64,000 bases of DNA from Octopus vulgaris (Eukaryota). The notes under the pieces were generated by a model. That model searched no databases and was not told the DNA's origin. It was given only the letters and a program-made list of their open reading frames with translations. The stretch lies in contig OX597831.1 in NCBI GenBank assembly GCA_951406725.2, positions 68,386,001 to 68,450,000 of the forward strand, read 5' to 3'. Positions 23,951 to 37,079 of this stretch are shown in pieces. Each line of letters begins with the position of its first letter. Within the stretch, counting starts at the first letter, position 1. The position numbers were made by a program, and so were the translations under genes.

Positions 23951-25065
23951 ACATGCTTAGTTTGAATCTTACCAATGATTAGTTTAATTTGGTGTTCACA
24001 TTGAAAGTTGTTGTTTTGGTTCTGTGTGTCTGATTAGTTTGCAGGTATGTCATCATATATTATTCCAGTAAGTAGCTTGTGGACTTGTGTGGATGCCCCC
24101 AGACAATAAGTAGGCTGGTCCAATACGTATAAATGGTGGACGTGATAGCTAGTGAGAAGCGTCACATAGAGCAAGCTAGTGCTGTCGGTAGACTAGACGT
24201 CAAGTTCTGTTGAATCGATTCATCGGAAGTGAGAGTTCGGTAGTTGAGTAGAGGTACATTATTGGCGAAGGCATGCCATCTGAACATGTGATATAACAGG
24301 ACTTCTGCTCCAGGGTCATCACATGACTTTTAGAGGCCCCCTGCAACTTTTTGTTTCAAGGCTCCATCTCTTCAATCAAAATTCATAATCTACAAACCTT
24401 TTATTCATAGCTATATTTTACCTTATTCTATCTGAAGTTCAATATTTCATGCTATCCTAAAGAACATCTTTAAAAGTACAATAAATTAAATTTATTTAGG
24501 GCTGGAACCATCGTATTATTTCATGTTTAGGAAGGCCAACATTTAACAGGGTTGAATATTTATTCAATGGACTCACAAATATCAGAAGACAAGCATTTCA
24601 AAATAACAACTGTGAAATATAGTTGTCTCAGCTTTTGTATGAAAAGAAGTTTATTCAAGAACATTAAAATACAAAAAAAATTTTCAGTCCAAAACAAAAG
24701 CAAACTATTTCAAATTATATATTTTTCAAAAATAGACTTGAATATTCTCAAAGATTTGATAACAGTCGAAAAAGGCTTTTTTTTTTAAATTCTATATTTC
24801 ACTGTTACCTGTTACAATATTTCGATTGGAGAGACAATAATACAATTCAAACTGTAAAGTCAAAATACCTAAAATTCAGAATATGAAAAATTTCGTACCT
24901 TTCTCTGAAATCACAAATTCAAGGGAAAATAGTACTTGGCAAAATAAAATACCTCAATCACAAACAAGTTACAACTGAAGAATTGAGATGCTTGGTGACA
25001 GTGATAAAATATCTGTATTGCTATTTATGTACATAGGTAGATACACACACACACACAAACTTCTG

Positions 25066-25097
<32 letters not shown>

Positions 25098-25221
25098 CAT
25101 GTGTGAGTGTGCACATGCCTTGTTTTTTGGTACAGGAGGTCAAAGGCCACTGTTCTGGGTACAAAGTGACCAGCTTTTCAACAGCGCCATATATATGTGT
25201 GTATGGTAGCCACTACACACA

Positions 25222-25380
25222 TTTTTTCTCTCTCCTTGTTTCTTTCTGTGTTCCTTTCTGTGGAAGAGTATAGGCTCAAAAAGTTAAAGACTTTTTCAAT
25301 TCCTGAGCGTTATACTAATACATTTGTTTGTTTTGTACACCACCTGTCTTCGTCTTTTGTTTTTTTCATGAATTCTCCCT
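25222..25380 (+). mobile_element. Short (TA)n-associated element with degenerate hammerhead motif
   Basis: CTTT-CTGTGGA-A-GAGT-atag-GCTC-AAAAAGTT-AAAG; colinear with 14315-14480 and 38080-38240. Confidence 0.7.
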
Positions 25381-26044
25381 ATATATATATGAGGGAGAGA
25401 GAGAGAGAGAGAAACGAAGAGCGAAAGAGGGAGAGACAGAGACGTGTGTGTGTGTTTGGTACATGTTTCTCTCTCTCTCTGAGCTGGCCAAAGCCTTGTG
25501 AATGGATTTGGTGGACAAAAGCAGATAAAAGCCAATCATATATATCTGTGTGTATGTATGAATGTGTGTACGTATGCCTGTGTGTGTATGTTTGTATGTA
25601 TGTATAAGTATACATCCCCACCTTTCATCTCCATTGCTTCTTTTTCTTGTCTTTTTTGTTGCAGTTGTTCTTATTTTCATTGTTTGGGATTTCCTTCGTT
25701 TTTCTTTATCTCCCTAGAGAATTCGTGGACACGATTTTTTCAATTACTTTTTTTGCTTCTTTTAAATTTATTTATGGTACACCCTTGTCTCACTTGAAAT
25801 ATTTTTCCTCGTCTGTCTTGAAATTTTCAGTTAACATCTTAACTGGTCTTTTGTTGTGGGATGGCAATGGAGTCATAAAGTAAGTCTTAACTTTCCTCAT
25901 TGCAATGTGGTTTATGTGGAAAATATTTTCAGTACAAATGGTTTGTATTAATTTTTTATATGCTTCAAAAAAGCCAAGGTTTGTCTTATTTTATTAATTT
26001 ATACTCAATACCACTTGCCCCACTCCCAGTTGATGGGTTTTTTT

Positions 26045-26337
26045 TTATTCTTGCAAGATACTTGGTGATCCCGTAAGTACTGGTGCCACAATAAAAGCAT
26101 TGGTGATGGTGTCATGTAAAAAGCACTGGTGGCACATAAAGCACTGGTGTATCACATAAAAAACACCCAATACACTCTGTAAAGTGGTTGGTATTTGGAA
26201 GAGCATCCAGCTGTAGAAACTATACCAAAACAGACAATGGAATCTGGTGCAGCTCCTGGCCTTGCCAGCTCCTGTCAGACCATCCAACCCATGCCAGCAT
26301 GGAAAACAGATGTTATATGATAATGATGATGATGATG
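26045..26337 (+). mobile_element. RTE 3'UTR fragment (older)
   Basis: GCATCCAGCTGTAGAAAC..CATCCAACCCATGCCAGCATGGAAAA..(GAT)n. Confidence 0.8.
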
Positions 26338-26835
26338 GTTAGCAGTTCTGGAAAGGTGCATTCTCTTGTGTTTGTTTGTGCTTTTTACCCTAAGAAACTG
26401 GGGCAAATGATTCCCTTATAATTTTTCTGTATTTTGTGACTGTGACTTAATTTTTAAAAATTTATGTTTAATAACTTTTGTTTGCTACATTTTGTTTGTT
26501 TTATGTTTTATAGTTTTTATGTTCTATAGCTCTTTATGTGGTAATATTCATTTTTATTTATTTATTCTTGTTTTTGAGTAGATACATGACTAACCCAGAA
26601 GGAAAGAATGAAAGGATGATGGAGATGTGTCAGGGCACACCCTCAAGGTACAAGAAGGTAGATAAAGAGAATGAAGGACAGCTGGTAGGCTCATGAGAGT
26701 GTAAAAGGAGAATGATAAGTGGCAGATATGAAGATAGAAGTGAATGCAGTGAATGGTGAACAATGAAAATATAAGTGTCTCAGGAAGAAGATGATTGGGG
26801 ACAATACTTAAAAGTGGAAGAGATATAGAGAGTAA

Positions 26836-27660
26836 TCTATACCTATAAAACAGAGTTTATGTGTGTCTGTGTGTGGTGCGTATGTTCCTTATGGATTCGA
26901 GAACTGAGGTGCTGATTTTGACGCGGTATCAAAAGATTCAGTAATCTTTCAGTTACCAAATAAAGCATGTCTTTTGCACAACTCTTTTACTACAAAAATA
27001 ACCTCAAAAACGAGGTTGGGTTGCACAATTTTGAGGTCATTTTCGGGCAATATTCTGATTTGCTTCTAATCTATAATGCCAATTTTAATGTTAATGATGT
27101 CAAAAAATGGTAGCAATGTATAAGGAGTGTTATGAGTGCATCTGTGATGCACAAAACTTTATTTGCCAATGGAAAACGACCAAAAACCATGCTTTATTGA
27201 CACAATTATTGGACCATTTTCCATACCCACCTACTTATGCATCTTTTTTTTCAAAAATTTCTTCAGAATTCTGTTTTCAATATAGGAAAATACAATTTTA
27301 CTCCCAAATCACGTTTTCAAAATTTTAATTTCCCCTGCCTCCCCACCACAGTTTCTTAATTTTAAACTTTTTTCAAATTTTAATTTTTAATCCATGTAGA
27401 AAAACACAGAAATTATGAATCTGAAAATTGTTTTTTTTAATTTTAATTTTTCTCAAAGAAATACTCAGTGGCCCTTCACCCACCTCACCCACCCATTACC
27501 TTCCTGCTTTCAAAAGCTAAAAATTCTGAATGTTTCACTTTTGTCTGATGTTTCATGCATGGCTAAAATTCTACTGAAACAGCAGGCATCAAAATTATTA
27601 AAGCTCGAAAACTTGCCCATGAAGTGTACAATCCTAATTTCAATTTGATTGTGATCGTCT
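26836..27660 (+). mobile_element. Possible non-autonomous Helitron; internal segment repeated at 28920-29105
   Basis: A|TCTATACCTATAAAACAGAG-(GT-rich) start typical of Helitron 5' ends; 26932-27108 aligns with 28920-29104; 3' end not clear. Confidence 0.35.
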
Positions 27661-27960
27661 TGCTAGGGTTCACTCTTATTTCTAAAAAAACAGGGATCTG
27701 TTTTGTTAAAAATAAAGAGTATTGTGTCATTCTGCCAATTCCCATGCAAAGTAAGGTTTGCATACTTGCAATATATGACAACATGGCAAAGAAGTGTCTC
27801 ATGTATATTTATTCTACTTACACTGGAGTCACGTAAAACTTAGTTTATGTAGAAGCATTGTTGACTTCACTGAACATTTGCTGAAGTATGCAGTCTGCCC
27901 AAATATCACAGAGATGAAGCTTTTTACAATGAAGCAACTTTCTTTCCATGTACCTTACCT

Positions 27961-28372
27961 ACTTCTTTACTACCCACAAGGGGCTAAACGCAGAGAGGAC
28001 AAACAAGGACAGACAAACAGATTAAGTCGATTATATCGAACCCAGTGCGTAACTGGTACTTATTTAATCGACCCCAAAAGGATGAAAGGCAAAGTCGACC
28101 TTGGCGGAATTTGAACTCAGAACGTAGCGGCAGACGAAATACCTATTTCTTTACTACCCACAAGAGGCTAAACACAGAGAGGACAAACAAGGACAGACAA
28201 ACGGATTATGTCGATTATATCGACCCCAGTGCATAACTGGTACTTATTTAATCGACCCCGAAAGGATGAAAGGCAAATTCGACCTCAGCGGAATTTGAAC
28301 TCAGCATGTAGCGGCAGACGAAATACTGCTAAGCATTTCGTCCGGTGTGCTAACGTTTCTACCAGCTCGCCA
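27961..28372 (-). mobile_element. Family A SINE head-to-tail dimer
   Basis: Two units with 184-bp period joined at CAGACGAAATACCTATTTCTTTACT (28131-28155); 12-bp TSD TGTACCTTACCT at 27949-27960 and 28376-28387. Confidence 0.9.
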
Positions 28373-29454
28373 ACTTGTACCTTACCTTCTGTAATACAAA
28401 TACCACTATGTCCTCGTTCAGCATCAATTTCATTTACATCTCTAAGTCTCGATTGCTTACTTTTGCATGTTTGCACTCAAAAGCAAAACAAAGCCTTTTT
28501 CCTGTGCAACTTTACTTTATTTCATGGGCTTTCACCATTCATCATCCATGAAGCCATACATCACTCCATTACTACTACCCACCTCTGCATACCAGCATAA
28601 TCCATTTATATTCAAGAAGCACAACATCTCTATATATTTATGCCAAACTGCCCACATCATTAACCCTGTTTACTCATATCCTTATATATGTAGATATACA
28701 TACAACCCCAAAAGTCTCTTTTTTATTCTGTTGGCCTCAACATTGATATAAACTGATACTAAATATGCTTGCAGAAAACCATAATACTTTTGAGCATGGC
28801 CTTTTCATTGAGGAGGCTAATGTATATGTGTGTTGTTCACAGTTATCAACAGATATTATGGGATGGGTAAGAACTATTAGCCATGAAACTGAGCTACCAA
28901 TATTACTGAATAAGCTATCAAAAGATTGATCAATCTTTCAGCTACCAGTGTAAAGTAAGTTTTTTGCCCAACAACCCAATTTTACTACAAAAATGAACAC
29001 CAAACTGAGGCTGAGTTGCACAAATTTTAGGTCATTTTGGGGGCAATGTTAGGATTTCCTTCTAATCTAAACTTCCATTGTACGTGTTTATGGTGTCAAA
29101 AATTTCAACATTGTTCTTCAGAAATCGATGTGGATGTGTGGTAAGTAGCTTGCTTACCAACCACATGGTTCTGGGTTCAGTCCCACTGCGTGGCACCTTG
29201 GGCAAGGTGAAAAACATGTTTATAAAGAAGAGTTATTTGCTTGATACCTTCTGTGTGCTGATTCTGCCCATAAGAAAGGAATAAACAATACAATGTGGCT
29301 GTAAGTCATAACACCCAGGCAACGCTGGGATGCATTATGAGAAGTATGATAAAACCGTTGACAGATGAGAACGAAGGAGATGATGTGAAGTGTGGGGGAG
29401 AAATAAATACACAGTGATAGAGATGGGAAGTCAGAGGCAGAGGTGGATATAATG

Positions 29455-29686
29455 TATTTCTTTACTACCCACAAGGGGCTAAATACAGAGGGGACAAACA
29501 AGGACAGACAAACGGATTAAGTCGATTACATTGATCCCAGTGCATAACTGGTACTTAATTTATCGGCCTCGAGAGGATGAAAGGCAAAGTCGACCTTGGT
29601 GGAATTTGAACTCGGAACGTAATGACAGACGAAATACAGCTACGCATTTCGCCTGGCGTGCTAACGTTTCTGCCAGCTCGCCACCT
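29455..29686 (-). mobile_element. Family A SINE
   Basis: Reverse complement of the 1217-1452 element over its full length. Confidence 0.9.
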
Positions 29687-29899
29687 CAGTGAGTGACAAA
29701 AAGGGAAGAGCACTGATGGCAGATATGAGATGATGTCCAGGGCAATGGTGTAAACAATGGAAATATGGTGGTTAGGGAAGATGCTGGAAGAAGATGGGGG
29801 AAGAGATAACTTGTTGTATGTGACAAAGAAACAGAATATATGCAGTTCTGCTCTCACAGTCAGAAAGGTCGAGGAGGGAGGGGGTGTGGGTGTGCATAG

Positions 29900-30108
29900 A
29901 CTCTTTTTTACTCTTTTACTTGTTTCAGTCATTTGACTGTGGCCATGCTGGAGCACCGCCTTTAGTCAAGCAAATCGACCCCAGGATTTATTCTTTGTAA
30001 GCCTAGTACTTATTATATCGGGTCTTTGGCCAAACCGCTAAGTTACGGGGACGTAAACACACCAGCATGTTGGGGGGACAAACACAGACACACAAACATA
30101 TACACACA

Positions 30109-30158
<50 letters not shown>

Positions 30159-30322
30159 CGATGGGCTTCTTTCAGTTTCCATCTACCAAATCCTCTCACA
30201 AGGCTTTGGTCGGCCTGAGGCTATAGTAGAAGACACTTGCCCAAGGTGCCACGCAGTGGGACTGAACCCAGAACCATGTGGTTGGTAAGCAAGCTACTTA
30301 CCACACATCCACTCCTACACCT
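29900..30322 (-). mobile_element. Family B SINE (full-length)
   Basis: Reverse complement of 16160-16583. Confidence 0.9.
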
Positions 30323-30374
30323 ATGTATATCTATATATATATATATGTGTGTGTCTCTCTCTATAGATATATTG

Positions 30375-31140
30375 TATAAAAGATCGTGTGTAAGGCCAAA
30401 ACAATGTGAAGTAAATGCAAGGTAAATCACAAGGAAACAAATATGTAAATTAATGTACACTTACCTTGTATTCAGTATTTGGGGGTTATGACCTATTTTC
30501 AAGAAATGTTGCCGATGTGTGAGAGTGTGTGTGGAGTGGACATGCCCAGAAGGGTGTTGCGATAGTAACCAGCTAGCTTCCTGTAACTCCTTTCTATTGT
30601 TGATTTTGGGTTTCTTTTAGTATATGAACATGGCCTCAGAGATTCTAAGGTTGCCCCTGTTCCACTGTGTTGCCTTGATGTGCACTGTGAATTCCCAGGT
30701 CTGGCATTTCCGTAGATGTTTCTTCACAGAAGTGTCTGTCTGTGTTCCTTAATGTATACATGCAGTTTTTTTGTTCTTCTGATGTAGGATGCACCACATT
30801 TGCCACAGATGATCTCATATATGACATAAGTCCTCTGGCACAATTCAGAGCCATTGATGGGGAAGTTCGACAATGTGTGCCCCTCTGAGTTGTGAGAAGT
30901 GTTGTTCTTGAACAGAGCTTTTCTTAGGGAAGGGTTGGTGTGCACTATCTGTATGTCAAGTCCTTCCCTGCAGACTGTGTGTTGTATCACTGCAACAGTT
31001 CCGTCGTCAAAGTATGGTAGCTTTAGGAAGCATGTGTTGGACTTGGGAGTATGCTGGTTCTTCTGGGGTTTATTGACCTTGATGTTCTTCATGCACCGTT
31101 GTTTAGCTAAAGATGGTGGGTAGCCATTCAAGGTTAGGTC

Positions 31141-31143
<3 letters not shown>
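30375..31143 (-). pseudogene. Penelope-like element 3' fragment (GIY-YIG endonuclease + pLTR)
   Basis: LNGYP..CFLKLPYFDD..NPSLRKAL..LCQRTYVIYEIICGKCGASYI.RT..EH is a PLE linker plus GIY-YIG with CxxC; bounded by TA tracts. Confidence 0.8.
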
Positions 31144-31177
<34 letters not shown>

Positions 31178-32047
31178 ACATACACAAAATTAAGAGGAAT
31201 GACCACTAAAGTGGACACCCTATATGCTAAACATAGACATAAAATCGCCATTACCACAAAGAATGTGTTCTCAAGAAAAAAAATCTCAGCAAAACGCCAA
31301 AATGTAAAAATGAGTAAAACAAATGAAAACATACAAAATAAAAACGATTACCTACATACCATTGGTTTCACTTGTTAACATCTACGTATATAAACACACA
31401 GACATCTGCAAGATCATCAGCATAGTCTGATGATTCTACTTGTAATAAGCACCAGAAAGGATTTGAGCCAACACCTTTCAGTAAGTATTTTTGTGTATTT
31501 ACCAATTATAAACCTAGCTCTTAACTATTTTTTTAATCACAATAATCCTATTAATTTATGCAGTTATTGATTGATTTTCCTCATTGCCTGCTGTTAACTT
31601 ATTTACAACTGTGATTTAGTACCTTTATTTTTTTGTTTTTTTTTGATAAGAGGCTGTTGCAGTGTTTCTTTTTCTTTTTGTTTTGGCCAATATTTCTTTC
31701 AATTATTCTGAAAACTTGGACTGACTAAAGTAAGTAAATACTTAAGTTAAACACTCGAGTTTATTAAAAATTTATGGATACACACTTTGTTAATTTACTT
31801 TCACATTAGAATTTGAAATTGAAGTATTTTAATATTCAGCCCAATGTACAAAAATAAGCTGCTACCTCATTAATTACTTTTTTCATGTGTCTTTCATTAA
31901 CAGTTGCTTACAACCACTTCAGGAAAATGAGGAGACCACTATGAAATAGCTTAACCTGCAAGAAAGTGCAGCCAAATTTTCCTCCAATTAAAGCTCCAAT
32001 CTTAAAAAAGCAAGGACACATTAGCCATAAAATTTTATATATACATA

Positions 32048-32451
32048 GGTGCAGGAGTGGCTCTGTGGTAAGTAGCTTGCTACCCAACTACATGGTTTCG
32101 GGTTCAGTTCCACTGCGTGGCATCTTGGGCAAGTGTCTTCTGCTATAGCCCCGGGCCGACCAATGCCTTGTGAGTGGATTTGGTAGACGGAAACTGAAAG
32201 AAGCCTGTCGTATATGTGTATATATATATATGTGTGTATATGTGTGTGTCTGTGTTTGTCCCCCTAGCATTGCTTGACAACCGATACTGGTGTGTTTATG
32301 TCCCCATCACTTAGCGGTTCGGCTAAAGAGACCAATAGAATAAGTACTGGGCTTACAAAGAATAAGTTCCGGGGTCGATTTGCTCAACTAAAGGCGGTGC
32401 TCCAGCATGGCCGCAGTCAATTGACTGAAACAAATAAAAGAGTAAAAGAGT
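32048..32451 (+). mobile_element. Family B SINE (full-length)
   Basis: Matches 16160-16583 end to end. Confidence 0.9.
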
Positions 32452-32926
32452 ATACAAAAATACAATGTGGGTATGGCAGATATACTTTGGGTCATAAGTC
32501 TTGAGTCATTGAAGAATCTTCTATGTGGGAATTCAGTTGATTAGAAATAGAAGCTAACTTTGTCTTCATCATCTTCAAAATGAAGACACATGAGGCAGAT
32601 TGTGTGCACTATTCTAAAGACAAAAATGATGTAGTCATGGCTGGAAGAATATATTCTTAGCATGCATCTGTAAGGTGAGAGCTGTCCTGGGTGTTACAAT
32701 GAGATTGGCCACTGTAATAAGAGTTAACAAGCAGCTTGGCCACGTTACTGCTGGAACAAGGGGCTAATTAAAAAGCAAAAATCCTCATGTCATGAAAGGT
32801 AAAATGCATTCTTGATTGGAATAAATGAAAGAGCCATTCTTGAACTTCACAAATAATTAAATACCAATTCAAAACCAGGTAAGAATTCACCGATAAGATG
32901 CTTCGGTTGAAGTGTGTACATTAATA

Positions 32927-32972
32927 AATCTTGTCTTGTCACATTCCATCTGGAATGTGACAAGACAAGATT
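32927..32972. repeat. Perfect 22-bp-arm inverted repeat with 2-nt loop
   Basis: AATCTTGTCTTGTCACATTCCA-tc-TGGAATGTGACAAGACAAGATT. Confidence 0.95.
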
Positions 32973-35404
32973 AAAATGTATAAGAGAACTTCGTATGCCA
33001 CTTAGAATTATCTCTCGTGTAGAAGAAAGTCATGCACACGTTGTGCAACTTAATTAGTTGTGAGGTACACGGACACGTGCAACAAAAATGAAGTGCTCTC
33101 AACACAGAGATATGTCTAGGACCAAGTCTGATGGTTGAAAAGAGATCGAAGTTCTATGGCTATTCAATATATAGCCCAAAGACTGCTGGTTCCCCCAGTG
33201 ACTAAATTGCATTCTAGAATATTCCACAGCTCATTGAGATTAGTAAAAGAGATGTAAATCAAATTTCTTAGAAGCTTCTAGAATATTTGCCAAGGGAGAT
33301 CATTGTGAGTAATTCCCATGACTTGCCAATGTAAAATAGGTAATAATAAACCTGTTTCAAATTACGTAACTTCTACAAGCGAATAAACAACAAGTGTGTT
33401 TTTCTGTTGAGGATTTATTAATTTTAAGAATAACCTTGAAAATTCTTGATAGTCATTTTAGTGGCAAATTTCTTTCTTTTGTCATTGTTGTTATTTGTTG
33501 TTAGTCTTGAAAGAGTGATGTTTGCAAACATGCAGTCCTTATTTTTATGTTACTGGAAAAGATCTAGTTGCTATATTGTTCAGATACACTGACTACATAC
33601 AAGCTTTCTCATCTAATATAAGATTATATCACTCTAACAGTTACCCTGCAAATGAATGGCATTCCACTTTAGTTTTGTTCTTGATTCATACGTCTTGCAA
33701 TTCCAAAGAGTCTGCTTCACATTTTATGGCTAGCACAAAATCTTGGACATTTGAGATGATATTTTCATTAAATGCTTGTCAGAGAACCCTCTGAACTTTC
33801 TGGGTGACAGTTTCCACACAGCATTTATAAACTAAATAAATTTAAACAAAATCAACAGTTTCCCTCATTCATCCAAACTGTAGGTGTGCTCTTGTCATAT
33901 TAATAGTTTCTAAGCTGTAGAATATTTGTTTGGAAAAGGAACTCATATTTAAAACCTTGTGCCATTTTAATACGTCTTCATTACCATAATCATTTTTACC
34001 TCTGTTTTACCATATTTGTATGGGTTGGACATGGCCAGCAAATTTTCTATCTTTTTTAAAAATTCTTTTATTGATTTTACTTTTTCACACTTGATATTTG
34101 CATGTGATAATTGAATATTTTCTTACATCTCTTACTTTCGGTCTTTGATAATCTGTGGAAGGGTCAACCAATAGATTCACTTATACAGATGTAAAATTGA
34201 AATGCTCTCCTCATTGTTCAGATATTCCTTGATTTTAATTCATAACACCTGTAGTGGACATTCAGATTACTGCTTCAGCCTAATACCAGTGTGTATCGAA
34301 AAGTCAGTAATATTTTATTCTTCTATCTTTCTTATATTCTCTCTCTCTCTTTCTCTACACATATCCCTTTTTATTCTTAGCCCCTTCACTCTCGCATTTT
34401 CCTGGCCTTTTTTTCTCCTCATGATTACTCTCATCATTAATCTCCTTACAAGCCATTCCTATTTCTCCTATATACACTCTGTGTCTCTCTTACATGCCAA
34501 TTCAGTCATGCTTCCATTCTCTCAGAACTTTTGACTTTCTCGCTCACAACTCTCTTCCTTCTCCTGTACTGTTTACCACTTACTACGTTGTGCAGTAATC
34601 TTCCACGTTTCTCCCGAGTCCTATTTTCTCTTTCCTATTTCTTCTTCATTTATTCCAATTCTCAGTGTAACATAAGTGGTACCTGATTTTACTGCTTGAA
34701 ATATATATTTATCCATCCATCCATTCAACCATATGCATGCACACACACATTCTTGCACACACACATATATGCATGAATATATATAAGAATGCCTGTCAGT
34801 ATACAACTGCTATCACACTAAAATATCACAAAGGAGATAACTGTAGTCCCTGCTGTAAAGATAACTTGAGAAAAATATTAACACCTTGTACCACAGATTC
34901 TCATATTTAGATAACATCCTTAATGTGTAAAGGGAACAGTGAGCTAACTGCATGCCAACTACATCCTATGGAAAAAGATAGGTGGAAAATAACTTTAACG
35001 TGAACTGAAGATATTTAAGTGAAAAAAACTATATTTTCTAAAAAGATAATTCAACAAATCAGCAACGACCACCAGTTTGGTTCAAACCTATCAGCTGCAT
35101 ACCAGAATATATATATATATATAAAGCTCAAACAAACAAGAAACAAAAAATACAAACAACTTAGAGAAAAGAGGAACTTCCAGGAACTTAACTTTAGTCT
35201 ACGATTTAGAGTGAAAAGAAGAATTTACAGTCAGTCGTCATGATTATATGTAATCATAAAATAATACTGTACCGGTGAATCATCATAAAAATCTAAATTT
35301 TGTATCAAAGTTCAAGTAAAGCTGAAAACAAAAAGACACCAAGAAAAAAACTTAATAGTTAGAGACAAGCACAAAATTTTGATGATTCTCAATAGAATTA
35401 ATAT

Positions 35405-35598
35405 TTAACCCTTTATCATTCAAACTGGCCATATCCAGTCAGACACAGCCTCTCACACCTACCCTACAATGTCCTTCGAAATTTAAGCAATTGCATCATG
35501 AAAATCTCAAAGCTAGAAGATAATGCATGATTAATTCAAAACAATGTGAATAAATGAGCATTATCTTAGACAGAATAATGTGAATGCTAAAGGGCTAA
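35405..35598. mobile_element. piggyBac-type MITE
   Basis: TTAA|CCCTTTATCATTCA ... TGAATGCTAAAGGG|CTAA terminal inverted repeats with TTAA-like target site. Confidence 0.8.
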
Positions 35599-35653
35599 AA
35601 AGACCTGGAAAGTAAAGTTGGCACCTTTAATGGGTTTATCATATCGTACACAC

Positions 35654-36235
35654 ATCATCATCATCATCGTCGTCGTTTAATTAACGTCCACTTTCCATGC
35701 TAGCATGGGTTGGACGGTTTGACTGTGGGTTGGCAAACCAGATGGCTGCACCAAGCTCGTCTTGATCTGGCAGAGTTTCTACAGCTGGATGCCCTTCCTA
35801 ACGCCAACTACTTCGAGAGTGTAGTGGGTGCTCTTACGTGCCACCGGCACGGGGGAGTCAGGAGGTACTGGCAACGATCGCGCTCGAATTTTTACACATG
35901 GGCCAGTCAGGCGGTACTGGCAATGACCTCGCACGAATTTTTGGGCCAGGCAGGCAGTACTGGCAACGACCTCACTCGAATCTTTTGCACATACCAACGG
36001 CACAGGTGCCAGTAAGGCGATGCTGGTAATGATCCCGCTCAAATAGTGCCTCCTACATGCTACCAGCACGGAAGCCAGTTAGCTGCTCTGGCAACGATCA
36101 CGCTCAGATGGTGCTCTTAACTCCCTACTAGCACGGGGCACAAGTGCCAGTAAGGTGAGGCTGGCAACAATCACACTCGTATGGAGCTCGTGCCTGTCAT
36201 CGAATTTCACTTTGGTTTTGATTTCCGTTTCGATT
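35654..36235 (-). mobile_element. RTE 3'UTR fragment with tandem repeats
   Basis: (CAT)n..TTCCATGCTAGCATGGGTTGGACGG followed by diverged ~60-bp units. Confidence 0.85.
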
Positions 36236-36854
36236 TCATTCATACACTGATATAAATGGAAAGAAGATGAAGAAAAGAGTAACAACAACCAGAGCTATCA
36301 TTTGCAAGTGAGTACTATCTAGTAGCATGTACCATGCATTAACGAACTGCTTTAGATACTTATGTAATTGCTAGGAGTCACAACACCCTTCACAGACAGC
36401 CTTTCACTCAATCCAGCAGAACAACCATAATTCAGATAAGAAAGGGCTGCTCCAATGCAAGGCTGATACTCATTTTTGGCTGAGTAGACTGGAGCAATGT
36501 GAAGTATCTTGCTCAAGAACACAACATTATGCTCAGTCCAAAAATCAATTTCTCAGTCCAAAATCAATCCTAATCATTAGGTCACATGTCTTATCTTGGA
36601 AGATGCATGATCTATTGGTTAAGGTTGGATAAAAGAATTCTCAATTATAAAATAAGAGTGAAATATTTTTATTTGAAGCTCTAAAGCTTCACAAATTGTA
36701 ATTTGAGTTGTCACATTATCGGACATTAGACACAAAACTGAACATATGTCAGTGATGTATGTTTGCTCTGTGATGGAGATTTTAATATTGTTTCATTTAC
36801 TTCATTTTCATCTGAAGACAAGTCAAATGACACTCCAAGTTGAGATTTCCTTTA

Positions 36855-37077
36855 CCTTTTATCTTTTACTTGTTTCAGTCATTAGACTGTGGCCATGCTG
36901 GAGCATCACCTTGAAGAATTTTTTAGTGAAATGAATCGACCCCAGTATGTATTTGTCTTCAAGCCTGGTACTTATTTTGTTGATCTCTTTTGTTGTATAG
37001 CTAAGTTGCGAGTATGAATAAAACACCAGCACTGGTTGTCAAGCAGTGATGGGGAACACGCAAACACACACACACAC
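36855..37077 (-). mobile_element. Family B SINE 3' half
   Basis: CTTTTACTTGTTTCAGTCATT..GGCCATGCTGGAGCA..GGTTGTCAAGC. Confidence 0.75.
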
Positions 37078-37079
37078 AG

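Noticed and set aside
30237-30425. Recurrent ORFs such as MPKVPCSGTEPRTMW and MRNWYLIYRPRKDERQSRP that look like a multigene family
   Set aside because: They are translations of SINE families B and A.
31405-31460. CTGATGA...GAAA spacing suggestive of a hammerhead
   Set aside because: Stems II and III do not pair convincingly.
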